Assembly (NCBI GenBank): GCA_951406725.2
Contig: OX597817.1
Location: 77,624,001 to 77,688,000, forward strand
Direction of reading: 5' to 3'
Origin: Octopus vulgaris
Lineage: Eukaryota
DNA: 64,000 nucleotides
A program made the position numbers and the translations under genes. Shown one piece after another: positions 27,530 through 40,941 of the stretch. The stretch's first letter is position 1. Every line of letters starts with the position of its first letter. Under the pieces are notes generated by a model. The model was given only the letters and a program-made list of their open reading frames with translations, did no database searches and was not told the DNA's origin.

Positions 27530-27960
27530 CAAGGTGCGATGGATAAATCGTCGCCGTTCTCTATCTTTAATTTCGCGTATGAGCGCATTGTTTGTTTTTG
27601 ATTTTGTCTACTACAAAGTAAAGTACGGTCAGTAGGGCAGCGTCTGTGAAAAAAAAAACAGTACTATTACGCATTTCATTCTGCCAGAAATTTGGAAATG
27701 ATATGCTGTACTGCTTGGCAATTTCGCCGCAAACTCCAATACAAATATTGCAGAGTGTTTGGGTGTCAATCTGACGACAGTGCAATCTGAAGACATACAC
27801 CAAGAGTGATAAAAATCAAACATCCAGTCAACATCATAGTGTTTGGAGTGATCACTAGTGATGGCGACGTTATGCCTCTATTCATCTTCCCACACGGCGG
27901 AGGCCTACATCAAGTGCCTGGAAGAGGTAGTGTTGCCCTGGTTGCTGGAAGACCCTGAGG
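27530..27960 (+). pseudogene. Tc1/mariner (maT/Bmmar1-like) transposase fragment
   Basis: About 27812-27941 translates, with a frameshift, to IKHPVNIIVFGVITSDGDVMPLFIFPH ... AEAYIKCLEEVVLPW. Confidence 0.65.
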
Positions 27961-28013
27961 AGACCCTAATAAAAATTGTATACTCCATTTTCTTGTTGAA
28001 TATATATATATAT

Positions 28014-28260
28014 AAATGCGCCCTTTTAAAGCCTAGCCAGGCTCATGGGCCCGGTTTCCCGGTTTCTATGGCGTATGTGTTCCCCAGCTGGACGGGACGC
28101 AAATCCATCGCAGCATTACTCATTCTTGCCAGCTGAGTGGATTGGAGCAACGTGAAATGTAGTGTTTTGCTCAAGAACACAACGCGTCGCCCGGTCCAGG
28201 AATCGAAACCACAATCTTACGATCATGGTGCTGACACCCTAACTACTATGCCACGTGCCT

Positions 28261-28262
<2 letters not shown>
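28014..28262 (-). mobile_element. tRNA-derived SINE family C
   Basis: Minus strand GGAGGCACGTGGCATAGTAG ... GGTTTCGATTCC ... TTGTGTTCTTGAGCAAAACAC; near-identical to 59035-59260. Confidence 0.8.
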
Positions 28263-28315
<53 letters not shown>

Positions 28316-28473
28316 AATAAATGAAATAAAACATATGCATATATGATAAACATATATGTACGTACCTACCTCTACATGTACATATACACGCATATATGAG
28401 TACAGGATACCAACGGTGTCGAACACAAAGAGTCACGAAAACATAGACACAAACCAAAGGAACTGGACATTTT

Positions 28474-28512
<39 letters not shown>

Positions 28513-29366
28513 CAATTATATATATATGAAATCCCTCTTCGATGAGGGTTTCATCTACTCTGACGTTTCGAAGGATAAAAGCGAGACGTATCTTCGACAA
28601 GAAACTTTCCTTCCTGCGAAAAGCAAATCAATTAAAATTCTGAGATCTTTTCGCAGAGGGGTAAAAAATGGTAATATATATATATATATATATATATAAA
28701 TGTTACTTCGTTTTTATCCCTCGTTTGTCTACTTAATGGTTTCGTCTTGAATCACATTTATTCATGCATGTTCTTATGTCCACTTCTCTATGGCTTGTTT
28801 ATTCCATTTATTATTTGTTCGTTCTCGTCCTGTTATATTTTTGGTCCCATTTCCCGGCAGCTTCTGGTGGTGCTGGCACCACCAGAAGGAAAGTAATATT
28901 ATCGTTAAAGGTGCTAAACTTCGTTCGACGCTCTGACCGACAACTGATGAATAAGGAGTTAGTGACCGTCTATATCTGTGCATTTATTATGTTTATAAAT
29001 TTATATATATATTTATAAAGACATTTAAAAAATTTAACAAAAACACATAACAAATAGAGAATTCGTAACTTATTCCTCATCAGTCAACGTCCAAAAGATC
29101 TTTACAATTTCGTGCTTTTATCGTTAATATTGTTCACTTTTGGTGACGCCAGAGGTGAGAAGCTGCAGGGAATAGCTAACGAATGCACAGGAGAATGACG
29201 AAAACAAACACGCCAAAATAAAACATTAATATACAACAAGAAAGGCCGTGCGGCCTCAAGACAGACTGATGTGAGGTAACGCAAAGGAAAATGAAAATGT
29301 CCTGTAGGACTGGAGACAAGAGAAAGACAGATAGAAATTCAGAACGAAGGAGGAAGTTATGTATTA

Positions 29367-29416
<50 letters not shown>

Positions 29417-29655
29417 GGCAGAAGAGAGGTAAAGAAAGAGAAAGTGGCTATTGGTTTTGCAACTGCAAAGTGTTTAACAGAATAGGCGACTCGTCAGCCA
29501 TTTGAGTTTGATGAGTTGCCTGTACTGCCAAGCGTTTTATTGGTGCGAAACCAATGGTCACACTATGACCGGGCATAACTTTTAGCTCCCTAAAAATTAC
29601 ATTACTGTCCTAATGTTTTAGAGTGTGCTTCTTTTGCGGATATATGAACTACTGA

Positions 29656-29704
<49 letters not shown>

Positions 29705-29706
<2 letters not shown>

Positions 29707-29910
29707 GTTTGGATGATAGATCGCCATGATAGATCGGTAGCCACTACACACATTTTTTTCTCTCCTTGTTTCTTTCTGTGTTCCTTTCTGTGGAAGAGCG
29801 TACGCTCGAAACGTAAAAGACTTTTTCAATTCCCGAGCGTTTTACTAATACATCTGTTTGTTTTCTACACCACCTGTCTTTGTCTTTTGTTTTTTCATGA
29901 ATCGTTCCCC
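29705..29910 (+). mobile_element. Hammerhead-like repeat family H2 in (TA)n
   Basis: Homologous to 62375-62570; motif CTTT-CTGTGGA-A-GAGCGTACGCTC-GAAACGTA-AAAG at 29784-29819, core degenerate. Confidence 0.65.
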
Positions 29911-31064
29911 TATATATATATATATAGAGAGAGAGAGGGGGAGAGAGGGAGGTTACGTGTGAATCCAGTGAGTCTTTCCCCTGACACCGCTTTAAAACAA
30001 ATGGTGCCTTTGTTTATATCCCATCGCATTAGCTGTCCAATATTCAGATATCGACAAGATAAATATCAGGCTTAAAATTAACAATAAGGGATCGTTATAC
30101 TCAACCGCAAAATCCCTTTAAGGCGGTTCTCCATTATGGACGCCATCCAATGAGTGAAACAAGTAAACGAGTATATTTATCCCCCTACTCTTTTCACCTG
30201 ATAGCTATAACTTTGATTGTCATTGAGACTAAATATTAACCTTGCTGAAGACTGTGTCGATGGATTTAATTGCTTGGATACTATTGTTATATTTTAGCTG
30301 CAGTTTAGCGTCAGAGTTTAAAAAAAAGCTTCAGAAATTTATTTTTGTCAGAATGATTGTTTGTGTGTGTGCATGTCTATGTATGTATGTATGTATGTAT
30401 GTATGTATGTATGTATGTATGTATGTATGTATGTATGTATGCATGTATGTATGTATGTATGTATGTATGTATATATGTATGTATGTATGCACGTATGTAA
30501 TTATGTATGTATGTATGTACATATGTAATTATGTATGTATGTATGCATGCATGTTTGTATATATAGATGTGTGTGTGTGTGTGTGTGTGTGCGCGTGTGT
30601 ACGTATATATGGTATGAATTGCTTGAGAGAGAGAAGTCAGCCAGCTCGACCAAACACCTCATTAAGATTATGCTTGAAAATTCTTAATAAATGATAAATT
30701 CAAAGAAAGAAAATGCCGAAATTATCTATCAGCAAGCTCCTTAACAGCTCCTTGGCAGTAGTGATCATTGCGATAACAAGAAGCTCATTGCTACGCTGGA
30801 AGAAAATTCTTTTGAAGTTTAACCAAGCTGAACGCTCTTTTAATGACGTTTTGATGGTGAAGTGCAGCTGTTTAAAAAAAAAACAAAAAAAAACAAATGG
30901 CTTACGATTGTGGCCGGGCACTGTTTTAACAAAGAATAAGCTAAGAAAGTTTGCCAAGACTACACCTTGGCTTCGACGATAGGCTGGTGCCATTTTTTGA
31001 CATTGTGGGTGGTAGGTAGGATGAACTCGCCACCCAATTTCTTGTAGCATATTTGACTGTAGTC

Positions 31065-31281
31065 TTTTACTCTTTTACTCTTGTACTAATTTCAGTCATT
31101 TGACTGCGACCATGATGGAGCACCGCCTTTAGTCGAGCAAATCGGACCCAGGACTTATTCTTTGTAAGCCTAGTGCTTATTCTATCGGTTTCTTTTTGCC
31201 GAACCGCTAAGTTACGGGGACGTAAATACACCAGCATCGGTTGTCAAGCGATGTTGGGGGGACAAATATATACACACACAC

Positions 31282-31356
<75 letters not shown>

Positions 31357-31525
31357 TATACATATATACGACGGGCTTCTTTCAGTTTCCGTCTGCCAAA
31401 TCCACTCACAAGGATTTAGTCGTTCCGAGGCTATAGTAGAAGACACTTGCCCAAGGTGCCATGCAGTGGGACTGAACCCGGAACCATGTGGTTCGTAAGC
31501 AAGCTACTTACCACAAAGCCACTCT
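31065..31525 (-). mobile_element. SINE family A
   Basis: Homology to 4460-4847. Confidence 0.85.
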
Positions 31526-31710
31526 TGTATTGCAAATATTCAGATTAATCATCGCTCCTTTATCTACCAACGTCTTTTTTCTGTGTGGCACCTTGGGAAG
31601 TCTTCTACTCTAGCTTCGGGCCGTCCAAAGCCTTGTGAATGGATTTGGCTGACGGAAACAGAAAGAAGCCTGTCATATATATATATATGTGTGTGTGTGT
31701 GTATATGGGG

Positions 31711-32359
31711 GAGGATCTTTTCCTTTTGAACGACAGATGTCAACACAATTTCTAGTTAACTAAACACTTTTAAACTTCGTATACTGGTAGAATGTGTTTA
31801 TAAAACATCATTTTCTCTTGGTTTTATTGAGAAAATTCTATAGTTTGTAAGATATTTCGTCTGAAAATCCGAGCATTTCGGCAATTTTAACCAATCGATT
31901 ACCTCCATTCAACTAAAATCATTTGCTGCGTCTAAAACTGAGACAACATCCTGTAGCTAACCCTAAACCTCCTCCCTAACCCTAACACTAACCCTGATTT
32001 TTTTTTCTTAATTGTTAAATTAATTTAATTCCGTTGCTTTTGTTTTTTTTACACGTGTAACAATTAAATTAATTTAACAATTAAGAAAAAAAATTTAGGG
32101 TTAGGGTTAGGGGGGAGGTTTAGGGTTAGTTACTGGATGTTGTCTCAGTTTTAGACGCAGCAAATGATTTTAGCTCAAAAGAGAGCATAGGATTGGTTAA
32201 AATTTGAAAAATTAAACTACGTTAAACAAACAAATTACAATTTTCTCAAGAAAGCCAAGAGAAAAAAATGTTTTATTTTGACACATTCTACCAGTATACG
32301 AAGTTTTAAAGTGTTTAGTTAACTAGAAATTGTCTGCCGTTCAAAAGGAAAAGATCCTC
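31711..32359. mobile_element. Long fold-back MITE with TTAGGG-like repeats, nested in a SINE A copy (about 31585-32595)
   Basis: Ends GAGGATCTTTTCCTTTTGAACG / CGTTCAAAAGGAAAAGATCCTC; arms pair imperfectly over about 300 bp; CCCTAA runs at about 31958-31995 and TTAGGG runs at about 32095-32128. Confidence 0.8.
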
Positions 32360-32596
32360 TGTGTGTGTGTGTGTGTGGGGGGGGTTGTTCCTTTGTTTCC
32401 CCCTCCCTATCATCATTTGACAACCGGTATTGGTGAGTTGACGTCCCCATATCTTAACGGTTCGGCAAAGAGACTGATAAAATAAGCACTAGGCTTGAAA
32501 ATAATTCCTGGGGTCGAATTGTTTGTCAAAAGCACTTCGTAGTGGTGTTCCAGCATGGTCGCAGTCAAATGACTGAAACAAGTAAAAGAAAAGAAG

Positions 32597-32641
<45 letters not shown>

Positions 32642-33147
32642 TAACGGTTCGGCAAAGTATCCGAGAGAATAAAGTGCCAGGCCTAAAAAAAGGTACTGGG
32701 GTCGATTCATTCGACCAAAAATTCTTCAAGGAGGTTGCCCCAGTATGGCCGCAGCCTAATGACTGAAACGAGTAAAAGATAAAAGAAAACAGAGATGTCC
32801 GAGTGAGATACCGGCTACATCGATCTGGACGGCCGCGAAGATGGTCATTATACTTCGTTATAAAAATTCGAAAAACTTTTTTACGTCATTAACCTTCGAA
32901 CAACAGGAAAAGATTGCCAAAAAACAATTTTTTTTCTCATGAGTAAATTTTATACATATCTTCACTTTAAATGGACACAAAAGCATAAAATTAATAAGGA
33001 CAATTAAATCATTTGAACATAAATTCATTTGAGATCATCGAATTGTTGTTGTCAAAGGAATGTACACATTTTTTTCCATCCCGAACTAGTTGAAGCATCA
33101 CTTTCTTCTTAAGTGTCTAAAATCTAAGGCCTCAGGTCAATCTATAC

Positions 33148-33377
33148 CAGTCGTTCTCAAGTGGGGTTCACATGGTTCTTGAGAGTGCATATATGATTTT
33201 TTGTTGTTAAAATTGGTTATACAGTACACAAAATATTTTAACAATTTTCTTAATGCAATTCCTAATATTTAAGTATAAAAATATAATGGGGCTTTTCTTT
33301 TAAGACATCGAATGTTTTTATCAGAGTAAAATAGGAATCAAAGGAGTCCATAGGCAAAAAATAGTTGAGAGCCTCTG
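33148..33377. mobile_element. hAT-type MITE
   Basis: CAGTCGTTCTCAA / TTGAGAGCCTCTG ends. Confidence 0.55.
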
Positions 33378-33383
33378 GTTTAG

Positions 33384-33513
33384 ATCATCATCATCGCCGT
33401 CATCGTTGTCGACATCAACGTCATCGTCGTCATCATCGTCATCGTCATCGTCGTCATCATCATCATCATCGTCATCATCGTCATCATCGCCATCATCGCC
33501 ATCATCATCATCC

Positions 33514-33560
<47 letters not shown>
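33384..33560. repeat. (CAT/CGT)n trinucleotide repeat
   Basis: Seen directly; it produces the His- and Ser-rich pseudo-ORFs. Confidence 0.9.
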
Positions 33561-34624
33561 TACGTCAATTGATAACGAGGGAAATCAGAAAATTCTTCTT
33601 TATCGCTGCATAGATCTTCCGGTTGCGATTTGATTTCTCCTATCGGTAACGAGGGCCGCTTACGCTTAGGCGCACTTGACGAAATAGACCCTCGAGATTG
33701 TCAATTGATGATAGCCATAAAAGATTTGTAAAAGTTTTGAAACATCAATTGATGATGGCTGCTGCTATCTAATGAAGTATCAAGTGGTAACGTTCGCCGT
33801 TTTAAGGGTCGATATTGCTTCAGGTGGTGAGCTGGCACAATCGTTAGAAAAATCACCGGAAAAATTGCTTAGCAGCATCTCTCTCGGCTTTACGTACTAA
33901 GTTCAAATTCTACCGAGGCTGACTTTGCCTTTCACCCTTGCGGGATCGATGAAATAAGTACCAGTCGAGCCCTGAGGTCTATGTAATCGACTTATTCCTC
34001 TCCTAATATTGCTGGTCGTGTACCAAAATTTTAAACCATTAATATTGCTTCTTCCAAACTAAACCAACGTCATAACATTACATTTTAAGACAAGTGTAGG
34101 GCCGTGAATTTATCAGAGTCGTTGCAGAGTAGGAAAATCTCTTGTGCTATTTCTTCTTATTGCTTACAGCCTATGTTCAAATCCCAGATCTTATTGAACT
34201 CAACTTAAGTTGATGCCATTTTTGACATTGTGGGTGGTGAGTAACCCGAACTCGCTGCCCGATTTAACGTCACAACTTTGTTTTTTTTGGTTTCATTTAG
34301 CACATATTTGACTCTGTTGTAATTATTTGAATTTATCCTCTCTTTTCTACTTAGCCACGTTTTTTTCCCCCTGTCGAATAATTCTATCCGAGTGGGATAT
34401 TTACCACATCGATCTCACTGATGTAGGTGGGCCTACAAAGATAATGGACATACTTTAATGCAAAAATAATTGTTCACGTTTTATAAACTTCCGAAATATT
34501 CCAAAATCGATAAAATAAAATACCAATCAAGGGCTAAGGGTGGTGGTACTGACTAACTCTTCCACCTCAAAACTATTGCCCTTATGCTTAAATTGGAAAC
34601 AATTTTAAGACAAATGTTGTAGAG

Positions 34625-34969
34625 GAGGGGGTTCTCAGCCATTTCTTATCTATGGATCCCTTTGATTACTATTTAATTCTGGTGGACCCCATAGCCATTT
34701 GATGTATAAAAACTGGGTTTTCAAGGGCTTCTTTCAAAATTTCCATTTTATTTTTCGCATATTAACTTGTGTAGGCTGAACTATGTAAAATGTTAGAGAA
34801 AAGACACCTAACTGTTTCTTGCAATACATACCAATACATACATCTAAAGCAAAACTTTTTCGGGGGCCCTTGAAGTACTATTGTAGATCCCCAGTTTACT
34901 ATTTTATTGAGTGGACCCCCCCACCTCCAAAATCTCAGGGTCCATATGGACCTTGGTTGAGAACCACTG
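34625..34969. mobile_element. hAT (Charlie-like) MITE
   Basis: 8-bp TSD TTGTAGAG at 34617-34624 and 34970-34977; TTGAGAACCACTG end. Confidence 0.85.
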
Positions 34970-35726
34970 TTGTAGAGAAACGAATGCATTCCAGGTGAGC
35001 CTACATTGGGTCCCGGATTTAGACCTCCTTCGGTACAATCTCACATTATCATACCCCCGTAAATGCATTGACAGTCGCAACATTACACCTCATAAATAAA
35101 GAGCTTTATGCTTAGTCAATTGGAATGAATATTTGAAAGAACAAATACAATGATTTTTATTTAGTCTATTTTAAGATTTTTATCATAGACCGCAGATCAG
35201 AGCGGTGGCGGGCGGCGGCGGCAGCAAAAGCAGCGGCGGTGACAGCAAACATTATTTGTAGTGTTTAGTTTAAAGTTTCTTTACATTTCGAGTTCAAATG
35301 CCACCGAGTTTGACTTTTGCTTTTATTCTTCCAGAGTCAACAGAATAAATCGCCAGTCAAAGGTATGGATAGATTTATTCAGCTGTTCGTCTGCCAAAAT
35401 TTATGGCTGTGTAACTTAATCAAACGTCATTATTTTAGTTCAATATAGTCAACGGATCTCCGTCGCTTTCGACGATGATTATTCATTTACTCAATCAGCC
35501 GAACACCACATTAAGTGCACTAACATCTAAACGTCTGAACAGTTCGCAGACTCCTAAACTCCAAGTACAATTTTCGGGCTGAATGAACGCTGCACAGTGT
35601 GTGACAAAGCTGGTCATTTAATACAAACTTGCTGACCCTGTGGTTAGATGGCGATTTAATTAGAAAGAACCATCAAGTACAAAAAATTAATATTGTATGT
35701 AGATATATATATATATATATATATAT

Positions 35727-36150
35727 AGGTGTAAAAGTGACTGTATGGTGAGTAGCTTGCTTATGAACCATATAGTTCTGGGTCCAGTCCCACTGCGTGG
35801 CACCTTGGGCAAGTAGTGTCTTCTACTGTAGCCTCGGGCCAACCAAAACCTTGTGAGTGGATTCGGTCGACAGAAACCGAAAGAAGCCCGTCGTATATAT
35901 GTATATATATGTGTGTGTGTGTGTGTATGTGTGTATATGTTTGTGTGTCTGTGTTTGTCCTCCCCAATATCGCTTGACAACCGATGCTGGTGTGTTTACG
36001 TCCCCGTCACTTAACGGTTCAGCAAAAGAGACCGATAGAATAAGTACTAGGCTTACAAAGAATAAGTCCTGGGGTCGATTTGTTCGACTAAGGGCGGTGC
36101 TCCAGCATGGCCACAGTTAAATGACTGAAACAAATAAAAGAGTAAAAAGA

Positions 36151-36151
<1 letters not shown>
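35727..36151 (+). mobile_element. SINE family A
   Basis: Head-to-tail homology on +. Confidence 0.85.
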
Positions 36152-36188
<37 letters not shown>

Positions 36189-36779
36189 TTTTTCTTTTAT
36201 TCGCTTATTCTTTTATTTGTTTCAGTCATCTGACTGCGGCCACGCTGGAGCGCCACCTTTTGTCAAATAAATCGACCCCAGGACTTTGTAATCCCAGTAC
36301 TTATTGTATCGGTCTCTTTTGCCGAACCGCCAATTTACGGTAAACACAACAGCATCGGTTGTTAAGCGATGGTGGTGGGGGTGACATTATATATATAATG
36401 GCTGTATGGTAAGACGCTTGCTTCCCAACCATATGGATCTGGGTTCAGTCCCAATCTGCGGCACCTTGGGCAAATGTCTTCTATTATAGTCTCGGGCCGA
36501 CCAAAGCCTTGTGAGTGGATTTGATAGGCAGAAACTGGAAGAAACCCGTCGTATAAATGTATATATATTTGTATATATTTATGTGTGTGTGTTTGTGTTT
36601 GCGTGGCTAGGTGGCAAAAAACTTGATTCTGAGCCACATGGTTCTGAGTTCAGTCACACTGCATGGTACTTTGGGCAGGTGATTTCTGCTATAGCCACGG
36701 GCAGACTAAAGCTTTGTGAGTGGATTTGGTAGGCGGAAATTGAAAGAAACCCGTCATATATATAAAGAAAAGGAAGAGG

Positions 36780-36814
36780 ATTTGACGTTTCGAGCGGAGC
36801 TCTTCATCAGAAAT
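36780..36814 (-). ncRNA. Minimal type I hammerhead ribozyme motif (family H1)
   Basis: ATTT-CTGATGA-A-GAGC(TCC)GCTC-GAAA-CG-TC^AAAT: intact core, GUC site, palindromic ACGT stem III. Confidence 0.7.
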
Positions 36815-37098
36815 ATAGAAAGAGTCCAAAGAAGGGAAGACGGAGAAAGAAAATCGCTAACGATACACACGCAGTCACATATATGCATCTATGTGTGTTT
36901 CTTTGTGTCTATGTAATCCACCACCACCACCGCAGCTTGACAACTGGTGTTGGTGTGTTTACGTCTCTGTAACCTAGCGGTTCGGTAAGAGGGACCGATA
37001 GAATAAGTACCCAGCTCAGCAAAATATATGTAATGGAGTCGATTCATTCGACTGAATATAGATATAAATATAAATATAAATATATATAAATATATATA

Positions 37099-37482
<384 letters not shown>

Positions 37483-38474
37483 TATATATATATATATATA
37501 GATAGATAGATAGATAGATAAGGCCTATTTTGTTTGTACAATTCCATATTTAATTTATTTTGTTTGTATTCTCCCATTTTGTTGTGTTTCTTTTCGTTAC
37601 TGTCCCCAAGTCCCCAACATTCTTTAGCTATTCTCAGCAGCTTCTCGCCATCGGCGCCAACAAAAGTGAACAACATTTGTCGTCAAAGTCGTAAAATTGT
37701 GAGGGTCTTTTTGCCGATAGCTGACGAGGAATTAGCAACGTCCCGTCCCGTCTTGTGCGTGGATTTTCCTTCTTTCTTTTATTATGTTTCTGTTCAAATT
37801 TTGGAACTTCTGGAAATTTTATGTAACGCTACGTACACTTCTTATTTTCTATACATTCAGTTGTGTGCGTGTGCGTGCATGTGTGTGTGTGTGTGTATTA
37901 TCAGAGATCGAAGAGATAATAGGACTATAATCTGGTAAGATTTAGATTTTCGGAAGAATATGGATAGGGTTAACATTTATTTTTACAAAGTTTAGGTGTT
38001 AGTTGCTTTCCTCTCACCCGAAATATCTGGAAGCGGAATAATAAAACTGAACTGTTGAAATAAATAGGCAACCCTCCAAATTATCTGACAAAAATATTTC
38101 GTAGAAATAGTTGTTTGTTTATGTGATATCTTCATTCGGAATTATATCTTCACACTCTTTACATTTTTAGTGTTGGGGTTTGTTGAGGGGCTCATGAAGG
38201 TTTGACACCTTTCATTCGCAATAACTTCTCCGTGTTTGTATCAGAAAGTAAAGTTAAAAATGAAAAATATAAAATAATAGATTAAGGAAAATAAAATAAA
38301 AAAGAAACCGCTGATTTTTACGTTACGAGATTGCCGTCTTATCTGATAGTTAGAAAGAGAGGCCTAGAAGGAATGAAAACATAACTCATGTTATTGACTG
38401 GAATCTGATTCTAGCAATTCTAAAGACACAGTCTTCAGTAACGTGATAGGAAAGTACTAACAACAATAGTAATA

Positions 38475-39781
38475 CCTTCTAATTCTGGGACAAGGCCAGC
38501 AAATTTGAAGAGAGACCGTAAGTCGATTATATCGATCTTGGTACTTCGCGGTACTTAATTTTATCGACCTCGAAAGGACGAATGGCAAAGTTGACTTCAG
38601 TGATATTTGAACTTGGATTGTAAAGATTCGGAAGAAACGCCGCTAAGCATTTTGTCTGGCGTGCTAACGATTCTGTCAGCTCGCCGTTTGTGCACCAAAA
38701 ATAATAACGATGGTCCCAAATTTTGGCACTAGGTCATCAGTTTCGGTGGATGGGCTGATTGATTAGATCGAACCCAGTGGTACTTATTCTATCAACCCTG
38801 AAAGGATGAAAGACAAAATCGACCTCGGTGGAATTTGAACTCAACGTAAATACAGACGAAATACCTATTTCTTTACTACCCACAAGGGGCTAAACACAGA
38901 GGGGACAAACAAGGACAGACAAAGGGATAAATCGATTATATCGACCCCAGTGCGTAACTGGTACTTGTTTTATCGACCCCGAAAGGATGAAAGGCAAAGT
39001 GGACCTCGGCGGAATTTGAGCTCGGAACGTAGCAGCAGACGAAATACCTATTTCTTTATTACCCACAAGGGGCTAAACACAGAGCGGACAAACAAGGACA
39101 GACATAGGTATTAAGTCAATTACATCGACCCCAGTGCGTAACTGGTACTTAATTTATCGACCCCGAAAGGATGAAAGGCAAAGTCGACCTCGGCGGAATT
39201 TGAACTCACAACGTAACGCAGAAGAAATACTGCTAACTTTTCTGCCAGCTCGCCGCCCTTTCAAAAACAATGATAAATATTGTTCCAAATTTAAATTTTG
39301 GCACAAGAATGGCAATTTCAGGAGGAGCAGGGTTAGTTGATTACATCGACGCCAGTACTTCACTCGTACTGTGTTTTATCGACCTCGAAAGGATTACAAA
39401 ATTGTCAGAACGTTGCGTCGGATGAAATACCGCGAAACATTTTTTTGCAACATTCTAATATTTTGCCAGCTCACCGCCCTACCCACAACGACGACGACGA
39501 CGACAACGACGACGACGACGACAACGACGACGACGACGACAACGACAACAACAACAACAATCCTGTCTCCAGTAAGCACAATGCCTGAAATTTTGGGGGA
39601 GGGATAAGTCGACATTTTGTGAGGAGGGATGAGTCGTAAATCGCTCAACTGGTACTTATTTCATCGAATCCAAAAAGATGAAAGGGAAAAGTCGACATCG
39701 GCGGAATTTGAACTCAGAACATAATGACGGACGAAATGCCGCTAAGCGCTTTCCCCGGCGTGTTGATGATTCTGCCAGCTC
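38475..39781 (-). mobile_element. Cluster of SINE family B copies with an internal (ACG/ACA)n repeat
   Basis: Multiple reverse-complement copies of the 9585 family. Confidence 0.75.
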
Positions 39782-40736
39782 GATAATAATTGTAATACTA
39801 CTACTAATAATAATAATTGTTTGACCATCAAACTGATGCCACTACACCCACCCTTTGAAAGCGCGGCCGAAGCTGATTGCTCTTAAGGACAACCATCAGG
39901 TAGCGATGGTCAGTCATCTCTGAAACTTTAGCTCGATTTCAAACTGATGCACTACTCACCGGTGCGAGATCAATTTTCGACCCTTTATACAATGTGTCGC
40001 CATGAAGTTATAGATCAATATGTCTGGGGTCGAACAACTTCAAGTGTGTCCAACTATTCTTCCGACGATAATCTCTTGGATGTGACCTTTGTCGAAATTC
40101 TCATATTCTGTGCTTGGTAGAATTATGGGCCTAAATTTGTTAATTATGCCTCCTCACCATTTTTGGAACTCCCTCAGCAATGCTAAAATCGCTCGGTTTG
40201 TACAATTAGAAATGCATCGAACCGAAATCCAAGGGGTGTCAGTGGACACGCTGGTTTGGCTTATTTCGCCTCGGTTTTCATACACAAAGCCTACAAAAAA
40301 AAAAAAAGAAAAAAATTTTCGAGAGAGAGAGAGAGAGAGTAAAACATGCAGCGTGGCCTTTCCCGTTCTGGTGTACAGGAACATATCTCAAAGAAACGTA
40401 TTTTGACCGTAATTACAGGTGTTAAATTAATTCTAGCTTGGCAAGCCTCTGAACACAACAGTAAATATTTTATTTAGTGTTCTGTATATACAAGAATGAA
40501 AGTTCCGACTTAGTTCCGCATAACTGAGGTGGTATCCACCACTGAACAAGAAAAATCATGACAGAACACCGTGTATGGTAGTCTACTGACGTCACTTGGT
40601 GCTCGGCTCAATGCGTTTTTACACAGTAAGCCTACAAAGAGAAATTTTTTGACACAAAAGCTTGCAATGTATATGTTCTACGTTGGTGTGTACAAGAACA
40701 TCTGTGATCTGCAAACATACTTGTATATACTAACGA

Positions 40737-40797
<61 letters not shown>

Positions 40798-40902
40798 TAT
40801 ATTTACTACACACACATTTATACATACACACATACACTATACACTAACACACTCATATACATAAATATATTTATGCATGCACTTATGTATGAATGCAAAG
40901 AC

Positions 40903-40941
<39 letters not shown>

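Noticed and set aside
30700-31050. Overlapping 116-aa and 89-aa ORFs
   Set aside because: No recognisable domain, they span an A-tract, and the end matches a dispersed repeat at about 34213-34265
31958-32128. True telomere or chromosome fusion site
   Set aside because: Only a few imperfect units, oriented CCCTAA then TTAGGG, inside MITE arms
33365-33633. His-rich and Ser-rich ORFs
   Set aside because: (CAT)n repeat directly after a MITE; no splice or coding context
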